Source: an uncultured virus (IMG/VR IMGVR_UViG_3300048127_000199)
Taxonomy: Duplodnaviria > Heunggongvirae > Uroviricota > Caudoviricetes
Virus record (IMG/VR): IMGVR_UViG_3300048127_000199
Length of the DNA: 64,000 nucleotides
Strand: one strand, 5' to 3'
Part shown: positions 58,226-64,000 of the stretch, piece after piece
Position numbering within the stretch: the stretch's first letter is position 1
Layout: each line of letters opens with the position of its first letter
Notes under the pieces: generated by a model
Databases searched by the model: none
The model's input: the letters and a program-made list of their open reading frames with translations, nothing else
What the model was told of the DNA's origin: nothing
Position numbers and translations under genes: made by a program

Positions 58226-59518
58226 ATGAACTTAAATACAATTGATGAATTAGGGAGAAGAGAATTTATAGCGCATGCCGCAAAAGCATGCTTCGGAGTA
58301 GGGCTTATGCCGATGGCAGGAGCTTATATTAACAATACAGTGAGCGCTCTTGAGCCTAGTACTAGAGTTCCGACAGCTAGGCATGTCATTTATTTAAATA
58401 TGTCAGGAGCGATGTCGCATCTTGACACATTTGCCCCAAAGCCTGACGCTCCTGATATTCAAGGGCCTACCAAATCAATTGCAACAAGCGCTGATGGAGT
58501 TATTTTATCCGAAAATCTACCAAAAACAGCGGAACTAATGCATCTTGGGTCAATTATCAAAACAATGAATACTAGTCAAGGAGCCCACATGCAAGCAAGT
58601 TATTTAATGCACACTAGTTATCTTAAGAGGGGCACAATTGTGCATCCTACATTCGGGAGTTGGGTGTCAAAACTTTCAGGTTCAATGAATAAAACAATAC
58701 CTAGCAATGTTAAGATTGGAGGTGGAGGAGGCGGAGCTGGCTTTCTAGAGTCTAAATACGGCGCTCTTCCCATTAACAACCCTTCCTCAGGTCTAGCTAA
58801 TAGTAAAATGGCTTCGTATTTAGATCATGAGCATTTTCAAAGCAGAATATCTATTGCCGAGCAATTGAATCAAAATTTTTCTACAGAATTTCCATTAAAA
58901 CAAGTAAGAGCTTACAGTGACTTATATAAAGACGCAATAAAATTAATGAATAGTAATGATCTAAATGCTTTTGATATCACTAAAGAGCCAGCATCTGCAA
59001 GTGATCTTTATGGAAACACTAACTTCGGTAAAGGTTGCTTGTTAGCTAAAAGGCTAGTTGAGCATGGTGTTAGGTATGTAGAAGTTACGCGAGGAGGTTG
59101 GGATACTCATGATAATAACTTTGAAAGAGTTGCTGCAAATTGTGCTGATATCGATCAAGCTTTAAGCGGACTTCTTATTGATTTAGACAGAAGAGGGCTT
59201 TTATCAGAGACTTTGGTTGTATTAACCTCTGAATTTGGCAGAACGCCAAACATAAATGGAAGAGACGGGAGAGACCATTGGCCTTATTGCTTCACAGCTT
59301 TTCTCGCAGGAGGTGGAGTGAAAGGTGGATTTACTTATGGTGAGACAGACAAAACAGGCAGATCTCCTGTTGAAGGAAAACCTATCAAGCCAGAAGATTT
59401 GAATGCTACTATAGCTCATACCCTTGGTTTATCTTTAAATAATTATCAATATTCCCCGTCAGGAAGACCTTTTACTATAGCCCATAAAGGCGAGCCTTTG
59501 TTTGATATTTTATCTTGA
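58226..59518 (+). CDS. DUF1501 family protein with Tat signal
   Basis: GRREFI Tat motif; VIYL.M.GAMSHLDTF.PK, FGKGCLLA.RLVE.GV, GWDTH, SEFGRTP, GRDHW, AGGG.KGG. Confidence 0.92.
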   Translation: MNLNTIDELGRREFIAHAAKACFGVGLMPMAGAYINNTVSALEPSTRVPTARHVIYLNMSGAMSHLDTFAPKPDAPDIQGPTKSIATSADGVILSENLPKTAELMHLGSIIKTMNTSQGAHMQASYLMHTSYLKRGTIVHPTFGSWVSKLSGSMNKTIPSNVKIGGGGGGAGFLESKYGALPINNPSSGLANSKMASYLDHEHFQSRISIAEQLNQNFSTEFPLKQVRAYSDLYKDAIKLMNSNDLNAFDITKEPASASDLYGNTNFGKGCLLAKRLVEHGVRYVEVTRGGWDTHDNNFERVAANCADIDQALSGLLIDLDRRGLLSETLVVLTSEFGRTPNINGRDGRDHWPYCFTAFLAGGGVKGGFTYGETDKTGRSPVEGKPIKPEDLNATIAHTLGLSLNNYQYSPSGRPFTIAHKGEPLFDILS

Positions 59519-59543
59519 CAAATAATTTAAATTCATCTATAAT
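59515..59543 (+). promoter_or_regulatory. sigma70-type promoter (leaderless)
   Basis: TTGACA-17-TATAAT, 6 nt to ATG 59550. Confidence 0.85.
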
Positions 59544-59549
59544 CATTAG

Positions 59550-60125
59550 ATGAATAAATTACCCAAAATTATTGGATTAACAGGATTCGCTAGAAGTGGT
59601 AAAGATACTTTTTTTACCGCCATTAACATGCTTTCAAGAGAGATGGGTCTACCAGATTTTCGAAGATTCGCTTTTGCTGATGAATTAAAAAAAGAATGCG
59701 ACCCTTTTTTGCTTGATAACATAGGAATATCTGCTTGGACTCAAGAAAATGAATCTAAAGAATTAATCCGCCCTTTTTTAGTGACTTATGGGACTCATAT
59801 AAGAAGAAAGTTAGATCAAAATTGCTGGATCAATAAAATAAAAGATTCAGTTGAATATTGTTCTGCTAACAGCGAAATACCTGTTATTACAGATGTTAGG
59901 TATGAAAATGAGGCTGCATGGATTAAAGAAAATGATGGAGTTATCGTGGAGATTATTAGACAGTCTGTTGCTCCTGCTAATGAAGAAGAAAAGAGAGAGT
60001 CGTTAAAGCTTATGAATTATAGAGATTTTGTTGTTTCTTGGCCTACGTTTGGCGATGACAGCATGGCAGAGTGCGTAGGTTTTGCTCGCTCTTTTTTGTC
60101 TGATATTCAATGCGTTTTAGCATAA
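59550..60125 (+). CDS. Deoxynucleoside monophosphate kinase (phage type)
   Basis: IGLTGFARSGKDT, FADELK, R..L..YG, ITDVRYENE. Confidence 0.85.
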   Translation: MNKLPKIIGLTGFARSGKDTFFTAINMLSREMGLPDFRRFAFADELKKECDPFLLDNIGISAWTQENESKELIRPFLVTYGTHIRRKLDQNCWINKIKDSVEYCSANSEIPVITDVRYENEAAWIKENDGVIVEIIRQSVAPANEEEKRESLKLMNYRDFVVSWPTFGDDSMAECVGFARSFLSDIQCVLA

Positions 60126-60763
60126 TGAATCAAATTAAATATAAACTTGATCTATATAGCAAGTATTTTTTTAATTTAAATTCAAACCTATCTATTGAAG
60201 AAAATTTATTTATTAGTAAATGTATTTCAAATATAGATGAAAAAGATATTTTTATAAATGAGCATATCTCTGCGTATACCTTTTGTCCATCAGTTGATAA
60301 CTCAGGATTAATTAATTATGGAAGATTTGCTTTTGGTAAAAAGACTAAAAATAAATACTTCTACAACTTAGTCGAGCAGCTGTTCAACTTCTTAAATATC
60401 AATATTCATAATTCAAAAGTTAATTTTTTTTATTATGGAGTAGGTTGGGATTATTTAAATCATTTAATAAAGTTTTATCAATTAAGCTCAGATTATCGCA
60501 ATATTTACTGCGAAGAGTTTTTGGTAGATCGCGCGAACTTCAAAAACAACTATATGGTAAAATCTAAAGAATATTCCGTAGGGATCGACAACACAATCAT
60601 GAACAAAGATGACGCAAATGTTAATCAAATTAACTTAAATAATAATTCTAAAGTCTTTGATAATTCTTATGCTAATGATTTGTGTGACAAAATGAAATCT
60701 TTAGATTTTTTGTTAGACACTTATAGTATATACAATAATAAAACTACTTTATATTTTGACTAA
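60125..60763 (+). CDS. Hypothetical protein
   Basis: ORF; ATG 60125 overlaps the previous stop. Confidence 0.6.
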   Translation: MNQIKYKLDLYSKYFFNLNSNLSIEENLFISKCISNIDEKDIFINEHISAYTFCPSVDNSGLINYGRFAFGKKTKNKYFYNLVEQLFNFLNINIHNSKVNFFYYGVGWDYLNHLIKFYQLSSDYRNIYCEEFLVDRANFKNNYMVKSKEYSVGIDNTIMNKDDANVNQINLNNNSKVFDNSYANDLCDKMKSLDFLLDTYSIYNNKTTLYFD

Positions 60764-60770
60764 TTTTTTC

Positions 60771-60799
60771 TTGACATTTCGCAAATAAACACTTATAAT
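60771..60799 (+). promoter_or_regulatory. sigma70-type promoter (leaderless)
   Basis: TTGACA-17-TATAAT, 7 nt to ATG 60807. Confidence 0.85.
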
Positions 60800-60806
60800 T
60801 TATAAC

Positions 60807-61028
60807 ATGAACAATAAATTCCTATCTATTCTTGAATATTCTTTAAATAAGTTTATGCCATATGTTTTAATTAGTTTTTTAGTATTTTTTGAATTTGGAT
60901 TTTATAAAGTTCAGCCATATATAATTATGGGGCTTTTGTGTTTTTTAGACAAACATTCTTTTAGAGTAGGTTATGCCGTAGCTCTTTGCGAAGAAAGGGG
61001 AGTTGATCTTGAGAAATGGGACAAATAA
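60807..61028 (+). CDS. Small membrane protein
   Basis: Hydrophobic segments; follows a consensus promoter. Confidence 0.6.
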   Translation: MNNKFLSILEYSLNKFMPYVLISFLVFFEFGFYKVQPYIIMGLLCFLDKHSFRVGYAVALCEERGVDLEKWDK

Positions 61029-61044
61029 AAGTGTAATATTATTT

Positions 61045-61257
61045 GTGCAAGAGAGAATAATAAATTTGCTATTGACTATAATCGGGTGTTGTGTAGTTTT
61101 TTATATTTTTAAACAGAATCACGAAATAACATATTTAAAAGATACCATTAAAATACAGCATGAAGCGATAGAAAGACAAAATGTTTTAATTGATTTTCAA
61201 AAAAGAATCATGTATCCAAATAATCCGCAAAATGAATTTCAGCCAACTTATAAATAA
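61045..61257 (+). CDS. TM + coiled-coil small protein
   Basis: GTG 61045 lies 8 nt after GTGTAA (61031); N-terminal TM helix. Confidence 0.55.
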   Translation: MQERIINLLLTIIGCCVVFYIFKQNHEITYLKDTIKIQHEAIERQNVLIDFQKRIMYPNNPQNEFQPTYK

Positions 61258-61633
61258 GCAATCTTACAAAAAGATATTTAATAAACTATATTCCAGCCAA
61301 CTTAAATACGAAGAACCTAAAAGTATTAGAGAAATCGATGTAGAAGCTAGAAGTGCATGGGATTTCTTATTACAAGCTCAACCCCAAAGATCAAAGCACG
61401 AAATCCATGTTGGATTCTGTAAAGATTTCCAAAGCGAAGATTTTCCTTGTGCAGAGCTTCGTCATACCAAAAGCAAGCTTTTTCATAATTTCAATGAAGC
61501 TCCTTGGCAAGAAGTTTTGGGATCAAATATAGTAAATTCGTCAAGTTTGTCAGATGAAGAAGTTTGTGCTACAATTTTTTGGTTCTTGACTATGAACTCT
61601 TTTAAGCCAAATAAAGAACTTGATCATGCTTAG
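61232..61633 (+). CDS. Hypothetical protein
   Basis: ORF, ATG 61232. Confidence 0.55.
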   Translation: MNFSQLINKQSYKKIFNKLYSSQLKYEEPKSIREIDVEARSAWDFLLQAQPQRSKHEIHVGFCKDFQSEDFPCAELRHTKSKLFHNFNEAPWQEVLGSNIVNSSSLSDEEVCATIFWFLTMNSFKPNKELDHA

Positions 61634-61820
61634 AAAATTTTGGCTTATATGGGCTAGAACTCTCGATCATAGAGTGGGAAGAACAGATAATGATGAACCT
61701 GATATACCTATATTATCATTAAGAGACGCTCAAATAAGTCTTTTATTAAGAAGTTTAATTGTAATAGTTAATTTAATAACTTGTTTTTTTATAGTCGCAA
61801 ATATAATAAAAAATTGGTAA
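61626..61820 (+). CDS. Small membrane protein
   Basis: W.IWA..L...G, C-terminal TM NLITCFFIVANII..W. Confidence 0.6.
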   Translation: MLRKFWLIWARTLDHRVGRTDNDEPDIPILSLRDAQISLLLRSLIVIVNLITCFFIVANIIKNW

Positions 61821-62273
61821 ATGAATAGTAGTGAAAAAAGGTTCTACGACATGTGTGTGTCCAGAAATTGGAGTGTCGAAAAAGCCTCAAAAAATCAGGA
61901 CATGCACGAACATTGGGATTTTAAAGTTAGAGATTCTTTAATTGATGTAAAAGGATTCAAGAAAACCTCTAGGTCTGATGCCTTTTTTAATCACGATGAA
62001 ATTTGGATAGAGTTGCAAAATGTGCGAGGCAATAAAGGTTGGTTGCGTGGAAAAGCTGATTACATAGCTTTTGAGCATTCAAAACATTTTTTGATAGTAA
62101 GTCGCCAAGATTTACTAGATTGGTGCAAATCTAAAATTACAAATCGATCTTTTGTTTCAAGCCCGAAAGAAGCTTTGTATAGACTTTATCAGCGTAAAAA
62201 TAGAAAAGACATTATATCTATAATTAAAACAGAAGATTTTGTGAAGGATGTAAAAACTTGGGTTTTAAAATGA
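61821..62273 (+). CDS. PD-(D/E)XK-like endonuclease
   Basis: E, D..EHWD, IDVK, WIELQNV.G..GWL.G.ADYIAFE. Confidence 0.7.
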   Translation: MNSSEKRFYDMCVSRNWSVEKASKNQDMHEHWDFKVRDSLIDVKGFKKTSRSDAFFNHDEIWIELQNVRGNKGWLRGKADYIAFEHSKHFLIVSRQDLLDWCKSKITNRSFVSSPKEALYRLYQRKNRKDIISIIKTEDFVKDVKTWVLK

Positions 62274-62276
62274 ATC

Positions 62277-62534
62277 ATGTATGACAGCGGCTTAAATAAT
62301 GAATTCGAAAAAGCTCATCAGAAAGGTTTGCATAGAGGATTTGATTTAGGCTGGTCATATAAAGGAAAGTTTGACAGGCAAATAATACAAGACAAAATTA
62401 TAGAGCTTGAAAAGAAATATGAAGCTAGAAAATCTAAAAAAACTTTGAATGAAATAAATATTCTACGAACTGTTTTAACGCAAATAAAAGACCATAAATG
62501 TAACAGAGAAAACATCACTTTAAACTTTTGGTAA
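62277..62534 (+). CDS. Hypothetical protein
   Basis: ORF in operon. Confidence 0.55.
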   Translation: MYDSGLNNEFEKAHQKGLHRGFDLGWSYKGKFDRQIIQDKIIELEKKYEARKSKKTLNEINILRTVLTQIKDHKCNRENITLNFW

Positions 62535-62548
62535 GTGTAATATATTTT

Positions 62549-62938
62549 GTGGAACATAAACATCTTTTAGTTAATGCTACTTTCGAGCAGACCCCATTTA
62601 CGAATACAGATTTCACAAATAAATGGCTTTTAAAAATTGTTAAATTAATTGACATGGAAGTTTTGCATGAACCTGTCTCGGTGAGATGTGATGAAAAAAA
62701 TAACGAGGGCGTTAGCGGGTTCTGTTTAATAACAACGAGTCATTTATCTTTGCATTCTTGGGAGAAAAAAACTCCGAATTTATTACAACTTGATGTCTAT
62801 AGTTGTAAAGATTTTGACCCTCATTTAATTGAGTATGAAATTAAAAAATTTCATCCAATATCTCTTGGGTTAAAATTCCTAGATAGAAGAGTACGAAATA
62901 CTAAAGGATGGTCAATGTTTGATGAAAGCAAGGCATGA
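62549..62938 (+). CDS. speD: S-adenosylmethionine decarboxylase proenzyme
   Basis: HKHLL, G.SG..LITTSHLSLHSW, LDVYSCK; GTG 62549 is 8 nt after GTGTAA. Confidence 0.85.
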   Translation: MEHKHLLVNATFEQTPFTNTDFTNKWLLKIVKLIDMEVLHEPVSVRCDEKNNEGVSGFCLITTSHLSLHSWEKKTPNLLQLDVYSCKDFDPHLIEYEIKKFHPISLGLKFLDRRVRNTKGWSMFDESKA

Positions 62939-63699
62939 AAATATATTTTAGGCATTACTCAGGAGCAATCACTGAATACGATTATTTATTTTTTGATTGC
63001 ATGGCAGAAGTTCCGTTAGACGAAGAAGAGCGAGCTTTGCAGGAAGGATGGTTACCTGATGACTATTTTGCTCCTAAAAATGCAGTAAAATCCCATTGGT
63101 ATCAAGCTCGACAAACAAGAATTGATTTAAGCAAATTTATTGATACTCGCAGTAGTCGAAAGGCTAGAAAAAAATGCAAAGATATTGTGGTCAAATATAC
63201 GAAAGCGAATAAAGCAAATATAGAAATTTTAAAAGATATATTTAATAAATATTTTGAATACAGAAACTTTAAGCCTTGGAAGCTAGAGCCTCTACTAAGT
63301 TTAGAGATTGAGAGAAAACATTTTTTAATTTATTATTTAAATGACGAACCTATTGCTTTTACATTTTTGAGAGATGTCGGAGAGAATAGTGTTTTCTCAA
63401 CGCAGTTTGCGTGGAATTATGAAAATCCAAAATTATATTTAGGCAAATATGCAAACCTTGCAGAAATAGACTATTGTATTGCAAATAATAAAGACTATAT
63501 GTATACAGGAGTAGGGTATGAAAAAGCTTGTATATATAAGTCTGACTACCAAGGGTTTCAATTTTGGAACGGAGAAGCGTGGTCGAATAACACAGAAGAT
63601 TATAAATGGTTATGCGAGAGAGATTCTAAAATTGAAAAAACAAAAGATTTAGATAAAATAAAAAGATACGATGATAAAAATTTTTTTATAAATGATTAA
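62935..63699 (+). CDS. Arginyl/leucyl-tRNA-protein transferase-like (ATE/Bpt GNAT fold)
   Basis: AL..GW, R..RIDL..F, IAF, LG.Y..L.EI, Y.Y.G..Y....YK..Y. Confidence 0.6.
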   Translation: MKIYFRHYSGAITEYDYLFFDCMAEVPLDEEERALQEGWLPDDYFAPKNAVKSHWYQARQTRIDLSKFIDTRSSRKARKKCKDIVVKYTKANKANIEILKDIFNKYFEYRNFKPWKLEPLLSLEIERKHFLIYYLNDEPIAFTFLRDVGENSVFSTQFAWNYENPKLYLGKYANLAEIDYCIANNKDYMYTGVGYEKACIYKSDYQGFQFWNGEAWSNNTEDYKWLCERDSKIEKTKDLDKIKRYDDKNFFIND

Positions 63700-64000
63700 A
63701 GATTATATTGATTATATTTCCCTGCAAAGAAAAAAGATTGGCGGTCATGCGATATGCCCTTTTGCTAAAGCTTTTTTGGATAAAGTGCAAATAATAGAGT
63801 CTACAAACTTTTGGATTGACGCTACAGAATGTATGGAAAATGAAGAGCATCCAATGCTTTACCTTGTATATGGAGACAAGGATAAATATAGCACAGAATG
63901 GCTTGAAAAATTTTGTCAAATAAATAAAAAGTATTCACGCAGTAAAGATCTTTGGTTAATATGGGATCATCCTGATCAAATAAATAAAATAAATGGAATT
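63692..64000 (+). CDS. DUF1415-like protein, 3' truncated (not in ORF track)
   Basis: MIKDYIDYI...ICPFAK...DHPD; open to the window end and overlaps the upstream gene. Confidence 0.55.
   Translation, partial: MIKDYIDYISLQRKKIGGHAICPFAKAFLDKVQIIESTNFWIDATECMENEEHPMLYLVYGDKDKYSTEWLEKFCQINKKYSRSKDLWLIWDHPDQINKINGI

Noticed and set aside
61045..61257. Spanin/holin lysis cassette
   Set aside because: TM + coiled coil fits, but no endolysin or nested lipoprotein gene is adjacent
1264..63919. Short antisense or nested ORFs in the track (e.g. 3405..3935, 20223..20630, 32674..32940, 53352..53744, 55062..55385, 63686..63919)
   Set aside because: They lie within well-supported genes, lack motifs and lack start signals; treated as shadow ORFs
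1..64000. CRISPR array or Cas operon (prompted by the Cas4-like nuclease at 14698)
   Set aside because: No repeat-spacer array noticed by eye; the nuclease sits in a replication operon as is usual for phages
1..64000. Alternative genetic code (stop-codon reassignment)
   Set aside because: Long intact ORFs tile the window under the standard code, and TAA, TAG and TGA all end genes at sensible positions
1..64000. Cellular (CPR or endosymbiont) chromosome
   Set aside because: Tail L-K-I-J, a phage-type dNMP kinase and divergent replication genes are interleaved, with no ribosomal protein or core metabolism operons

Overview
This AT-rich window is densely coding and uses the standard genetic code. 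It looks like part of a large tailed dsDNA bacteriophage genome rather than a cellular chromosome. It carries a replication/recombination module (RecA-like, DnaB, primase, a DNA polymerase III alpha split into PHP + DEDDh exonuclease + catalytic core), a class Ic-like NrdB, a ClpA/ClpC-type unfoldase, a tmRNA, a lambda-like tail-tip module (L-K-I-J) and a giant adhesin-like protein. It also has a sugar-nucleotide/glycosyltransferase island (gmd, fcl, perosamine synthase, formyltransferase), an outer-membrane beta-barrel, a DUF1549/DUF1553 + DUF1501 pair, SAM decarboxylase and an ATE/Bpt-like aminoacyl transferase. Host-type genes point, by inference, to a PVC-superphylum host, probably Verrucomicrobia. 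The clearest signal read directly from the DNA is two sets of upstream motifs. Canonical sigma70 promoters have their -10 box mostly 5-9 nt before the start codon, implying leaderless mRNA. A second motif, GTGTAA, lies exactly 8 nt before a start codon at 8 sites on both strands and 10-16 nt before it at 5 more. A possible phage-encoded protein-degradation toolkit (tmRNA + N-degron transferase + ClpP-docking unfoldase) is also present. All family assignments come from recognising motifs by eye; no searches were run.
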